Shown here: piece after piece, positions 29,581 to 40,158 of the stretch
How the letters are laid out: each line of letters starts with the position of its first letter
Position numbering within the stretch: the stretch's first letter is position 1
Source: Dehalococcoidia bacterium
Lineage (GTDB): Bacteria; Chloroflexota; Dehalococcoidia; Lucifugimonadales; UBA3495
Length of the DNA: 64,000 nucleotides
NCBI GenBank assembly: GCA_965261355.1
Contig: OZ253464.1
Location: 1,561,254 to 1,625,253, forward strand
Reading direction: 5' to 3'
Made by a program: the position numbers and the translations under genes
The notes under the pieces: model-generated
The model's database searches: none
Seen by the model: only the letters and a program-made list of their open reading frames with translations
What the model was told of the DNA's origin: nothing

Positions 29581-30073
29581 CGCCCGGCAATGGATTTCGT
29601 CGTCCGGTGAGCAGTAGATGACGGCACTGTCTGAGTCGCCGTCTCCCAGCCAAAATCCGAGTATCCACGGGTGGACTGGAAGTTCCCTGTCGGGCAATCT
29701 CAGGTGGCCAGCGACCGGTATGTAATGACGGAGTCTTGTCCGCTTGTCGGTCGCCTCGTTAGAAGAGAACACCAGTTCAAGGATTGTCATTGGCTAGCAT
29801 CCTGCATTCCACGGCCCCGGCCGTTATATGCTCAGGTTTGCCGAAAAAAAGTCCGGAGGTGTAGAGAATCATCCATGGATGGTGATTCCCGGCCACAATG
29901 CTGGAACCGTCGCCGAAATTCACCTGAGAAACGGGTTCTACAGATTCTCCCGAAACCTCCGCGACCGTGCATTTTCGTCCCTGTTCGTCGAAAACCTCCT
30001 GTCCCGGCGTGATGTCGCCCGGGGTGGTCCACCCTTCCTGCGTCGGGACTTCGGTGTCGCTGACCAGCGACAC
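29581..30073 (-). pseudogene. Hint (intein-type) domain plus LAGLIDADG homing-endonuclease remnant
   Basis: Track ORF 29777..30073 has SLVSDTEVPTQEGWTTPGDITPG..VNFGDGSSIVAGNHHPW, a Hint block pattern. The next frame (29581..29790) has ILGFWLGDGDSDS, a LAGLIDADG motif. It is frameshifted and cut by IS630-B. Confidence 0.45.
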
Positions 30074-30661
30074 TCGTTATGCGGAACCTTGGCAAGAAAC
30101 GGCAAACGGCTGGGTATTCCGTGCTTCGCTGGATGTCTGGCCACGCCTGTGGCACTCCCTATCTGAAACATCTATTGTCATTTTCGTTGTCGTCATTTTC
30201 TTCTGCTCCCTTCCTTCATGCGCCTTCTTGTTCTCTGTTCAGCGGTATCTGGTTCTGGCCGGTTGGCGCCCCTCTCGGTCAACTGGTTCTACAAGCAAAG
30301 AGACGAGCGGCCCCCGCTTCGCAGCAGGACCGCCCGTCTCTGGATGCTCTTGGTCATTCTTGCCGGAGGTTTATGCGGTGAGACAGGTTCCTCCAGCGTC
30401 TTGGTCGAGTATTGTCCGAGTGCGTTCAGTTGTCAGGACTTCCCAATCAGCGTAGCCACTCGGTCCCTCTGGGCCACTGACCTTTGCGAAGGAGGTTCTG
30501 GTGCGTCAACGTCCCCTCGGCGGTGTCGGAACATGGTTCCCGGTGCCGACGACTGGGTTGAGTACCGTTGCTCTGGATCAACCGCTGGCAATGTCGCAAT
30601 TCCTTCTCTTGTCCGAGAGTAGTTGGTACCCCAGGGAGTCGACGGCCGCTAGTCCAAGGCA

Positions 30662-30705
30662 GGCGGAGGAATGGGGCGGAGCGCCGAACCGCCCACTCCT
30701 CCGCC
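30662..30705 (+). other. strong 17-18 bp imperfect hairpin in an unassigned non-coding stretch
   Basis: GGCGGAGGAATGGGGCGG - AGCGCCGAA - CCGCCCACTCCTCCGCC. Confidence 0.5.
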
Positions 30706-30964
30706 CTGTGACTCCGGTGCGGTTCTGCGCTGCCCCTCTTGAAGGCAGCGGCATGCCCTTCGGTCAATCCGCTCACGGGTCGCACTGCCGGGCCGCGGTT
30801 CATACTGGCCGGTGGGTCCGAATTTTGCACGTGGTCCCCCAAGAACGACCGTTTCCCAGGGAATGAGGCCCAGCAGACGCTGCAAACGCCGACGGAGTTA
30901 TCCCGGAAGGAATCGAGCCCGCGGAACCACTACTGTTTAACGTCAACTACTTTTGCCGGTCCTG

Positions 30965-32499
30965 TTGCCTCATTGAGAAATGTTACCGAGACTTTAGCAC
31001 CTGGGGGCCACTCCAACCAGCGCTAATTCCGGCATTGCAGGGGGTTCCGCCATGGGCTCACCGGCAGCGGCGTAGACCAGCGTTTTGGCCATGATGCCGC
31101 GCCACTGCTGCACTCTGCGTTGCAGCGTCCGCAGGTGAGCCCGGCTGAAACGATCCGGTTCAGCCTCTTGCAGTCGGCCCAGCAATACCACGGCACTGGC
31201 GTCCGGGTCTTCCTGCAACCAGGACAGCACGTCGCACCACACTCCTTCGAAGGGGTCTGGCCGAGTTCGCCAGGTGCGGGGCGGTTGCACCCGCCGCTCC
31301 CGTGAGGTACGGGCTGCGTCCTGCCGCCACAAGTCGGGTAACTTGGCCAGGAACTGTTCCAAGCTCTCGCCGCTGGGAGTGGGCCGGATTTCGGGGAACG
31401 TAACCGCGGCCAGGGCCGACTGCGCTTCCCTGATGGCGTGCAGCAGCGCCACCGGATCCAACTTGACCCGATACTGACTCAGCGCTGCCTTCACCTCCAC
31501 GCTGACCGCGTCGTGCTGCATCAGCCGGTCGCAGGGCGTGGCTGGCGGGCTGTACCGCTTGACGACCCTGGAGCCGTGCCGAGTTTTCTCCACCAACTTG
31601 AACGAAGGCTGGAAGTAGTTCACGTACTGTCGCACCGCCCCGTACAGGTGGGCCATGGTCTGTCCGGCAACTTGGCCCGAATAGCGGTCATGACCGACGT
31701 AGTGGCGCACCACCGCGCCGTTCTTCTGCTCAATCCAGGCCTGGTCGTTCTTGCGGTACGGCCGGGAACGGGTGAACTCGATGCCCCGCTCGGCGCAGTA
31801 CTGGGTGAGAGTTTCGTTGATGAATACGCTGTCGTTGTCCGAGTCGATGCCTTTGACGGGGAAGGGCAACTGTCGCCCGATGGCCTCCAGTCCTGCCACC
31901 ACCAGGGACTGCTCCCGAGCCAGCAGCGGCACCGCTTCAGTCCAGCCGGTGCAGATGTCGGTGGCCACCAGGCTGTGGATCATGGAACCCCACAAGGAGC
32001 CACCGTGGTGGACCACCAGGTCAATCTCCAGGAATCCCGGTGGCGGCGCTGGCCGCCAGCAGCCGTTGGCGCACGCGAGGGTCCAGACCCAGGTGGCCGT
32101 GGCGCTCCATGGACTCTACCAGGTGGGGCAATGCCGCCTTCAGCCGCTTGCCGCAGATCCGGTCAGCAGCTTCCCAGACCACGATCACCGCCTGGCGGAC
32201 CGCCTCGTCGTAGATCCGTCGGTCCTTTTTTACCGCCGGCTGCTGCTCTCCGTCGTCGCTGGACTGCCCCAGCAACCTGATGCCATGCTTGCGGTGATGA
32301 CCGGTAACCGCGATGAACTCGTCCAGAATCCGGCTTTTCTCCCGCTTCGATGAAGCTCGGTAACGGTCTCGGATCGTCGCCAGCAATTCCTGTTTTGCCA
32401 TCTTGCTGATGCCTCCTCCCACGCGATTGCCTCCCCGAGTTTGGGTAACATTTTATTTGAGGCAACCACTTGCGTTGGGTAACGGTTTTGTTGAGGCAA
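30965..32499 (-). mobile_element. rve-type (ISNCY/IS481-like) IS with subterminal repeats, internally deleted
   Basis: GGGTAACATTTTATTTGAGGCAA (32443-32465) and GGGTAACGGTTTTGTTGAGGCAA (32477-32499) sit at the 5' end. An inverted copy, TTGCCTCATTGAGAAATGTTACC (30965-30987), follows the stop. Confidence 0.6.
30994..32422 (-). pseudogene. integrase-core (rve) DDE transposase with an internal deletion and frameshift
   Basis: N-terminal ORF 32021..32422 (MAKQELLATIRDRYR..) and C-terminal ORF 30994..32016 (DSDNDSVFI, RPYRKNDQAWIEQKNG) are in different frames. The junction ..SAAT|PGFLEIDLVVHHGG lacks the usual ~60 aa. Confidence 0.7.
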
Positions 32500-32516
32500 T
32501 GCGCGGTTGGCGTCGA

Positions 32517-33323
32517 TTATTCTTGCCGGTTCACCTCCTTATCCTGCCCCCGCTGCTGGGCCACTCCGGTCCGGTAGCTGGGGACGTTGAATTCCAGGAT
32601 GACCGAGTGATGGACCACCCGGTCGATGGCGGCAGCGGTGGCCATTGGGTTGGCGAAGATGTGCTCCCACTGGGAGAAGACCAGGTTGGAGGTGATGCCC
32701 AGGGACCGGCGCTCGTAGCGTTCTGCGATGAGGGTGAAGAGCAGCTCCGACTCCTCGGCCCCCTGGGGCAGGTAGCCCAGGTCGTCCAGCAGCAGGAAGT
32801 CGTAGCTGTCGAGCTTGCGTAGTTGTCGCGGCAGGGCCAGGTCCCGCTTGGCTGCCAGCAGATCCTGCACCAGCCGGTAGGCCGGGGCGAAGAGCACCGA
32901 GCGGCCCGACTCCACCAGCCGGTGGCCCAAGGCGCACAGGGCGTGTGTTTTCCCGGTGCCGGGAAGACCGAAGGCCAGGACGTTGACGCCGCGGTCGACG
33001 AAGCTGCCGTCGGCCAGTTCCCCCAGTTGCTGTCTGAGAGACAGAGGCACCCGGTCGTGCTCGAAGGTTTCCCAGGTCTTGCCCGCCGGCAGCCTGGACG
33101 CGGTGCGCAGCCTGCTGATGCGCCGCTGCCTGCGGTCCTCGGCCTCCTGCTCCAGTACTTCCAGGAGAGTCTCCAGGGCGTCGCCGTGGCCGGCTGCAGT
33201 GAAGCGGGACACCGACTGCGCACCCATGGTGGGCAGCCGGAACTGGTGGCACAGCTCCCCGATCCGCTCCTGTATGGCCACTGTGTCCGTCATCAGGGTG
33301 TCAGTAGTCAGGGTGTCCAGCAT
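32517..33323 (-). CDS. istB: IS21 helper ATPase IstB
   Basis: Walker A GLPGTGKTH, DDLGY and AIDRVVHHS motifs. ATG at 33323 overlaps the istA stop (TGATG). Confidence 0.85.
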   Translation of the reverse strand: MLDTLTTDTLMTDTVAIQERIGELCHQFRLPTMGAQSVSRFTAAGHGDALETLLEVLEQEAEDRRQRRISRLRTASRLPAGKTWETFEHDRVPLSLRQQLGELADGSFVDRGVNVLAFGLPGTGKTHALCALGHRLVESGRSVLFAPAYRLVQDLLAAKRDLALPRQLRKLDSYDFLLLDDLGYLPQGAEESELLFTLIAERYERRSLGITSNLVFSQWEHIFANPMATAAAIDRVVHHSVILEFNVPSYRTGVAQQRGQDKEVNRQE

Positions 33324-34821
33324 CAGGCCACCTCCGCCAGCAGGGAGTCGTAGACCCTCAGGTCCGGCGTCCCGGGCAGGCTGAGTGCCGGCGCCTGCAG
33401 CGGCGCGGGACTGGCCAGCTCCCTGACTGCGGCGTAGTCGAAGGGTCCGCCCGCCTCCAAGAGCAGGGCCAGGGCGCTGTCCATCGTGGTCTCCATGGTC
33501 GTCGCCGCCAGGTGCAGGATGCGCCCGTACTCCACGTCGGCCCGTACTCCACGTCGGCGCGTTCCCCACGCCATTCCCGGAGCGCATCGTAGGCCAGGCG
33601 AAAGGTCATGGTGGGAAACATCTGCTCCCGGAACCGGTAGCGGGCGAAGGCCCCGGGCTTGCGCACCAGGGAGCCGATGACGTGGCGGTAGTCAACCCGG
33701 GCCTCTTTCTCGCCCCGCACCCGCTCCATTCGATCCACGAAGGTGCCCTTGTAGTACACTTCCAAGTGTTCGGCGTACAGCCGGATCTGCACCTCCTTCC
33801 CGATGAGCCGGGAGGGCACGGTGTAGGTCCGTCCGGCTGCCTGGATGCTGCTCCACTTGCGCACCCGGGCCCGGTGGTTGACGTACTCCGGCACCGGGGC
33901 TGGGGGCAGGGGACGCAGATGTGGGCGCTCTTCCTCCAGCTTCCCCATCACCAGCCGGTTGCGCCGGTCCACCACCTTGCGGACGAAGCCGGCGTACTCC
34001 TCAAGGGAGTTGAAGTCACGGCTGCCCCGCAGCATGAGGGCTTGGTCGATGGCGTCCTTGAGCCGGTAGTGGGCCTGCTCGGCAACGCCGTTCTCATGGG
34101 ACTCTCCTGCATTTATCAGGGTGGACTCGAGCCCATAGTGGTCCAGAAGCTCGGCGTAGCTGCCGTTCAGGGCCCTGCCGCGGCTGCGCCTCATCTCGTG
34201 GGTGGCGGCCGAGGTGTTGTCCGAGCGGATCACCCGAGGCGCACCGCCCAGCTCCCACAGGGCGTTCTGTAGCCCCTGCTTCAGGGCCAGAAAGGTCTCC
34301 CCCGTAAACACCTCGGCATAGCGCCACCCTGAATGGCTCAGCACCAACTGGAACAGCCGGTGGCGATAGGCCCGACCGCCGACGGTCACTCCCAGGGAGT
34401 TGCAGTGGGTGAAGTCGATCTGGGCCTCGCGGCCCGGGGGATGCTCCTGGGGGAAGTAGACCTCTTGGTCCGGGCCGTTGAGCGCTCGCCAGTCTTGTAA
34501 TCGTCGTTGCAGGGTGCGCAGCTGCGAGGCGCTGAACCGGCCGGGATGCCGCTCCTCCAGCCACTCGATAATTGTCGTTGCCCTGAGCCTGCCGGCGGCC
34601 TCGCCCAGGAGCAGGGGCAGGATTTCCTTCTCCCAGACTCCGTCGAAGGGATCGGGACGGGTGCGCCACTGGCGCTCAGTCTTGGTCTCCGACGGCAACG
34701 GGCCGCACTGCCACTTGCCGGCCGAGCGCTCGCTCATCCCCGCCATTGCCGCCGCCGTCTGTTGCGTCTTTCCTTCCATTCGTCTCTGCCTCAGTGTTGC
34801 GACTTGCTGATCTGTAACCAA
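33323..34821 (-). pseudogene. istA: IS21 transposase IstA disrupted by a 17-bp tandem duplication
   Basis: CCCGTACTCCACGTCGG occurs twice (33524-33540 and 33541-33557). The C-terminus continues in the frame of track ORF 33323..33574. Confidence 0.8.
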
Positions 34822-35039
34822 TCCGGCACCTCCTGTACCGGATGATTACTCTTGGGGACCGGCAAAAATAGTCGTCGCCAACCGGCAAGACTAATTGTCG
34901 TTGATCAACTACCCTGCAAATTTGCTGATATTCCTGTTGACCGGCGTGAAAATATCCTCGCAGGACGCGATTTGAGGGGCATTTTTTCGCGGCCGACCTT
35001 GTATCTTGGTTTGGAATTGGATAATTTTCTCTCTCAAAG

Positions 35040-35484
35040 GTGTGCGGGGTGGGGTCCAGCGACCCATCCCTGTTAGACCCTGCTGCCACCGGAGAGGCCA
35101 TGACTTCGGCCGTGCCCATATCCAGCAGTGCTTGCAGCCCCTCCGTTACCTGCTCCTCGTTCCCAGACACCGCCACGGCGTCCACTAATCCGGGGCTCCA
35201 TACCCCCTCGGTTACTTCGGGATACCCGGCATTGTGGAACATGTTTCAGTAGAAGGGCGCCCTGGCAAATCTCTTGAACTGTTCCGCGATGGCTTGCCGG
35301 GCTTCCTCGGGGTCGTCGTGGACGCTCACAGGCACATGGGCTATCAGGGGAGGAGCGGGGCGACCGGCCTGCTCGGCCCCGCGCTGTACGGCCGGCAGGG
35401 CAACATCCCGCAGGTAGGCCCCTGGACAAACCCAACTGATCGCGCCGTCGGCTTCGGCTCCGCACATCTCGAATGCGCTCTCGC
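35040..35484 (-). pseudogene. LLM-class oxidoreductase 3' fragment with an in-frame TGA
   Basis: ..ISWVCPGAYLRD..IAHVPVSVHDDPEEARQAIAEQFKRFARAPFY*NMFHNAGYPEV..VAVSGNEEQVTEGL... The N-terminus is removed by the IS at 35485. The stop is at 35248-35246. Confidence 0.6.
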
Positions 35485-37320
35485 CTAGAAGCCGGGCCGA
35501 AAAGCCCTGGATGGGGAGAGAGATTTCGGCAGTAAAGCCGGGGCGAACAGAATCTGGGACCACAGCAGTCCGAGCCGGACAGCGCCGAAAATGGCCGTAG
35601 CATGGGCGACCACACCGTGGGAAACAGCCTGGACATCACTGGGGACGGCACTGAGGACGGCGCGGTGGCGCGGAAGCCCACCGCCGACACTGTCCGACAG
35701 CTCGATTTTGCCCGCCACCAGGGTCAGGTTGGCCACTGTAGCCGCTAGGTACAGCTGGAATCGCGTCTTGGCGCGTCCGAAGTAGCGGGACTGGCGAATG
35801 CCCAACTGGACCAGTCGGGCCAATCTGTGCTCGACCACCACGCGTCGCGCTCGATATTCGTCATACCCGGCGCTCTGTTGCAACGCACGGGCCTGTTGCA
35901 GGAGAGCCTCCTGGGGATGGATCAGCACCCGCCGTCCCTTCCTGCCCTTGGCCGAGATGCACTGAGACCGCAGGGGACATGTCATACATTCGGACCCGTC
36001 GAACTGGAAGGCCTGCAAGTGGTGTATCCGACCCGCGGCATCCGTACGCCGTCCCGCTGGCACTATGGTGTGGGTGACCTGCCCTGCCGGACAGGTGCAA
36101 CTGCCCGCCACCAGGTCGATGACAAAGTCATTCTTGGGAAAGCGCTGCCGGTCGGGCCGTCCCGGCACCCGGGCAATCAGGGTGCGGCCCGCGTCGGCGA
36201 AGGTCTGCCTGGTAGCTCCGTCTCCATAGGCGGCGTCGCCCATGGCCTCCTGCACCGGCACACCGGTGTTGGCCTCGCTCTGTTCTACCAGTTCCAGCGC
36301 CCCCAGGTTGTCCGGAGCGTTGCCCGGCAGTACCTCCACGGCGGTGATCAGCTGGGTGTCGGTGTCAACCACAATCGCCGCCTTGTGTCCGTCGAAGCGT
36401 CTCCTGCTGCTCTTGTGCCCGTGGCGCATCTCAGGGTCGTGCACCGACATCATCCGGTCCTTGCTCACCCCGTCCTTGAGGCTCACGCCGTCATCGCCGT
36501 CGCCGTCGCCACCCTTGCGCTCAATGTCCTGGAGCAGCAACTGCCCCAGCAGTTCCGCCGCCGCCACTATCTGCTGACGCTCAGCACCGTCCTCGGGCAA
36601 CTCCCCCTGGGCCAGCCGCGATAATTCCAAGAGCCGGTCCGCGTCTCCCACAATCCCCGCCAGCAGTGCCGTCCGCGCCCGCTTGTCCGACCAGTCGATG
36701 GTCGCCTCTCCCTTGATGCTGGAGGCGAGGTACCGCCCGTATCCCCGGGCCTTGGCCCATTTCCCGACGCTGATTCCCTCAACCTGCGCCAGCGCCCGCA
36801 TCAGCTTGACGATCCCGTCGGCCAGCAGATTGTAGGTGTCCCTCACCGCGCCCCGGCCCAGGATGTTGGTCGTGTCCAGAGCCACCTTCATGCTGCGCCT
36901 CTTCAGGTAGCCCGACTCCCGGGCGAGGCGCACGCTGGACTCGAATACCTCCCGCACCCTGTCGTGCAGGATCAGCTGGGCCCGGAACACCTGGAGCGTG
37001 CTTTTGGCGAAGGGCCTGTCCTCCACCTCAATCCCCAGAGCCACCTTCCAGCGGATGTCGAAGTCGGCCCGGGCCTTGGCCTCGGCGTCGCTCACCTTGT
37101 CGTGGGTCTGCAACAGCAGCGCCGTGGCCAGCAGGCTGGGCGGCACGCTGTCCCGGCCGTTGTCAGCGCAGTAGAACACCGCGAAATCGGAGTCCTGGAA
37201 CAGCCGGCCCCGCAGGGAAGCCAGCAGACCGTAGAAGGTGTCCTTCCCCACGTGGTCCAGGTACAACCGGTCCGCTTCCCAAAGACCCCTCTGGTCCGAA
37301 CGCTCTCCCAGCATTCTCAA
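35485..37320 (-). CDS. DDE transposase (DUF772 N-terminal domain, IS1182-like)
   Basis: 611-aa ORF with PPSLLATALLLQTHDKVSDAEA..DIRWKVALG at the N-terminus and YFGRAKTRFQLYLAATVANL at the C-terminus. Likely ATG at 37314. The stop lies in the terminal CTAG. Confidence 0.75.
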   Translation of the reverse strand: MRMLGERSDQRGLWEADRLYLDHVGKDTFYGLLASLRGRLFQDSDFAVFYCADNGRDSVPPSLLATALLLQTHDKVSDAEAKARADFDIRWKVALGIEVEDRPFAKSTLQVFRAQLILHDRVREVFESSVRLARESGYLKRRSMKVALDTTNILGRGAVRDTYNLLADGIVKLMRALAQVEGISVGKWAKARGYGRYLASSIKGEATIDWSDKRARTALLAGIVGDADRLLELSRLAQGELPEDGAERQQIVAAAELLGQLLLQDIERKGGDGDGDDGVSLKDGVSKDRMMSVHDPEMRHGHKSSRRRFDGHKAAIVVDTDTQLITAVEVLPGNAPDNLGALELVEQSEANTGVPVQEAMGDAAYGDGATRQTFADAGRTLIARVPGRPDRQRFPKNDFVIDLVAGSCTCPAGQVTHTIVPAGRRTDAAGRIHHLQAFQFDGSECMTCPLRSQCISAKGRKGRRVLIHPQEALLQQARALQQSAGYDEYRARRVVVEHRLARLVQLGIRQSRYFGRAKTRFQLYLAATVANLTLVAGKIELSDSVGGGLPRHRAVLSAVPSDVQAVSHGVVAHATAIFGAVRLGLLWSQILFAPALLPKSLSPSRAFRPGF

Positions 37321-37391
37321 CCCTCGCTACTCTTGTTGACCCCAATTATAAATGCTCGGCGACTCAAACCACTTTCCGGCCAGATTTCTAG
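35485..37391 (-). mobile_element. IS1182/IS5-superfamily element type A
   Basis: Terminal IRs CTAGAAGCCGGGCCGAAAAGCC (35485-) and CTAGAAATCTGGCCGGAAAGTGG (37391, inward). Confidence 0.75.
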
Positions 37392-37682
37392 TATGGACGG
37401 TACACCATACGGCTGAGTTCGTGCTGTCATGGTCTCAATGGAGACGGAGGCAGCAAGCCAAGGCCCAGCGAAGCGATTACCAACGCCCACTATCACTACT
37501 GGCATCAGTAGTGCTGCTGTAGTATTAGGACAAGTTTATTATCTCAACAGCCTGGTGCTCCACGAATTCTTCGATTCTTGGAGCCCAAGATGCATGCATC
37601 ACCTTCGGATCTTGCACCCAAGCGCCCTTTAACACCGGACCATAGCCAGTTGATAACGTGGTTTTGACAAGAGGGAATCGAA

Positions 37683-38486
37683 ATGTGGCTTCGTGCCAGT
37701 TGTGATATCACCTTTGATGTGAGCGTCCCTACGCCTTTTATCCTGATGCTACGCCCTCGAAGCGGAGCACAGCAGTGGGTGGCGCATGAAGACTGCACGT
37801 TGACGCCAAGCGTACCGATCACAGTGTATGCGGACAGTTACGGCAACCTGTGCGAGCGATTGATAGCACCGCCAGGTGAGTTTTCTATCCGTAGATCTGC
37901 GGACGTTTCAACCGCAGACGGCATTGACGTGTCGCCTGGCGCGCCATTTGACGAGGTGCATAATCTGCCGGTCGAGGTTCTAGCCTATCTTCTTCCCAGC
38001 CGTTATTGCGAGTCCGACCGGTTCATGGACCTCGCCAGGGAACTCGTAGACGGCTGTGAGCCCGGCTACGATCAAGTGGCCAGAATAGTAGAGTGGATCC
38101 GCACCGCCGTGCGCTTTAATCCAGATTCCATTAATTTTCAGATGTCTGCAGTAGAGGTCAACCAGCAGCGCGAGGGCGTATGCCGCGAACTCACTCATTT
38201 GGGCATAGCGTTATCCCGCAGTCTCTGTATCCCAGCGCGTATCGTTGTAGGCTATATGTACCAACTCGAGCCGATGGATTTTCACGCTTGGTTCGAGGCG
38301 TACGTAGGTGGCCGTTGGTACACCTTCGATGCAACGCAGGCCGTTCCACGTGGAGGGCGAGTAGCCGTCGCTTATGGGCGCGATGCGGCCGACGTGGCGA
38401 TGTTCAACCAGTTTGGCCCGGCACTATATCCCAGAGCAATGGAGGTACGGGTCGAGATGCTCGACACTCCCCCGAGGAGCAATTGA
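37683..38486 (+). CDS. transglutaminase-like family protein
   Basis: The Cys-His-Asp core pattern is present: REGVCRELTHLGIALSR, DFHAWFEAYVGGRWYTFDAT. Confidence 0.8.
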   Translation: MWLRASCDITFDVSVPTPFILMLRPRSGAQQWVAHEDCTLTPSVPITVYADSYGNLCERLIAPPGEFSIRRSADVSTADGIDVSPGAPFDEVHNLPVEVLAYLLPSRYCESDRFMDLARELVDGCEPGYDQVARIVEWIRTAVRFNPDSINFQMSAVEVNQQREGVCRELTHLGIALSRSLCIPARIVVGYMYQLEPMDFHAWFEAYVGGRWYTFDATQAVPRGGRVAVAYGRDAADVAMFNQFGPALYPRAMEVRVEMLDTPPRSN

Positions 38487-38661
38487 GAACCCACTGTAGA
38501 CCGTCGGCGAAAATGGGACACACAATGGGTGTCATTGACGCTGAGATATTAGGCCACTGGGAGGCGTGGTCGTGTACCACTTACGTGATGACTGACGGCA
38601 GTAAATTGGTCGCAGTGGGGACGTTAAAGGAGAGCAGGTAGAGACCAGCGTTGACGGTGCG

Positions 38662-38820
38662 TTATGCGTCTTCCTTGTTATCTGGAGCTTGCGAGGCGGC
38701 GTTCTCCCGGCCGAACTTGAGTCGGTAGTTTTCGCCGTTCATCACCAGGATTTGGACGTGGTGGGTTAGCCGGTCCAGCAGAGCTCCGGTGAGCCGCTCA
38801 GAGCCGAAGAACTTGGAAAG
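38662..38820 (-). pseudogene. IstB C-terminal fragment (third IS21 remnant)
   Basis: Translates to KFFGSERLTGALLDRLTHHVQILVMNGENYRLKF...*, with nothing upstream. Confidence 0.6.
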
Positions 38821-39149
38821 GGGAGGTTGGCGGCCACGCCACTAGGATGGAGGCCCGCTCGTATTCACCCTTGGCTGGAGTAGCAAAAGTATGACAGTCC
38901 TGCCGGGGAGGCATTAACCGGGTTTTTCAGCCATGGCGGCCGAGTGGGTCTGATCCGGGCTGGCGCCGGCCCTTCGACCGCTTTGTCCGAACGTGCTCTC
39001 GTTGCCGGTCGGTCAGGCTCGGCTGCTGCCCAGAGAAACACCCCTCGACCCGCGCTTTCGACTGGCCCGCGACTGAGCGTTCCCTGTCGGACTAACTTCT
39101 GGTCGCCTCCGGAGCGGTCCATATGGATGAATCGCCCTTGTTGGGTGGT

Positions 39150-39169
39150 TCACAAAAGCGCGTTTGTGA
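39150..39169. promoter_or_regulatory. inverted repeat TCACAAA-N6-TTTGTGA upstream of the resolvase (candidate res/operator site)
   Basis: 7-bp arms. A further TCACAAA half-site lies at 39213-39219, just before the ATG at 39256. Confidence 0.3.
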
Positions 39170-39255
39170 CACTGGTCCACGATTCGCTCCCTTCCGCTAG
39201 TTCAGGTGTGGGTCACAAAGGTGTGGTGCAATCTCCACCAGTTGGAGGGAGAGGG

Positions 39256-39868
39256 ATGCCCGAGACCTACGGCTACATCCGCACCAGCCGCCCCAGAGTT
39301 TACGAGGTGTCGGGTAGCGACCTGGAAACCCAACGCCAGCAGTTGCTGGCCGCCGGCGTGGCGCTTTCTCACATCTATCAGGACGTCGGCGTCTCCGGAA
39401 CCTCCGGTACCAACAGCCGGCGGGGCTGGCACTCTCTGGACTCCCGGTTGGCCCAGGGCGACACCCTGGTTGTGGTGTCAATCGGCCGGATCGGGCGGCG
39501 CAGGCTAGACACCATGGGCAACATCCACGACCTGCAACGGCGCGGGGCGAGGAATCGCAGCTTGGCCGATAACGAACAGTCCTGGGCCCAGTACCTGGAT
39601 GCCGACCCCGAGTCGCCGGAGGCGTCCTTGGGCTATACCTAGCCGGCTTCGCCGCTTGGGTGTCCGAACAGGAACTGGTGTCGATCCACCGCCGTACCAA
39701 GGCGGGTTTGGAGAAGGCGAAGGCGGACGGCAAGAAACTGGGTGCCCCCGCCGGTTGTCCGAGGAGCAGAAGGCCTCGGCTATCGAAATGGTAGCCAGCG
39801 GCGTCAGCCAATGTCGAGTCGCCAGGTCCTTCGGCGTATCACCTGCGACAGTCAGGCGCGCCGTATAG
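39256..39868 (+). pseudogene. serine recombinase (resolvase/invertase) with two frameshifts
   Basis: N-terminal YGYIRTSRP..GDTLVVVSIGRIGRR catalytic domain. The C-terminal HTH (EEQKASAIEMVASGVSQCRVARSFGVSPATVRRAV) is in track ORF 39599..39868, a different frame. Confidence 0.7.
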
Positions 39869-40158
39869 CGTGAGTAGCGCCTGTGCATCGTGCACCTGCC
39901 AGGTTGATGCTCGGCGTTTTTCAGGGTACTGTTGTGTCGACCGGCGTGGACGTGGTGCATGGTGGCGCTGGCAGTGTTCTCGGAGAGGAGTCAGGTACTC
40001 GTACGTGGCGGACCTCCAGACGCTTAGCCAAGCCCAACTTCCGCTGGCTCACCCCCTTGGACAGTTCCCCTCGACATGCACGTCCTGCCACTCGGTCAGG
40101 GGCGTGCGGCTTCATATGCTTAGTCAGGTAGCGCAAAACTCGGTTCCGCGAGGCATGA

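Larger units (their letters stand above)
32508..34907 (-). mobile_element. IS21-family element copy 1 (approximate ends)
   Basis: Repeated ACCGGCAA(G/A)A.TA.T.GTCG motifs at 34858-34877 and 34881-34904, with an inverted copy at 32511-32530. The istA-istB gene pair lies between them. Confidence 0.7.

Noticed and set aside
30501-30505. GUGCG, a possible group II intron 5' end in the unassigned stretch
   Set aside because: No domain V-like hairpin (..GAGCCGUAU..ACGGUUC), no reverse transcriptase ORF and no intron-like 3' end nearby.
30895-30920. CCCGGAAGGAAUCGAGCC, superficially like the SRP RNA GGAA tetraloop region
   Set aside because: The flanking conserved SRP nucleotides (AGGUCAGGUCC / AGCAGCC) and the complementary 3' strand are absent.
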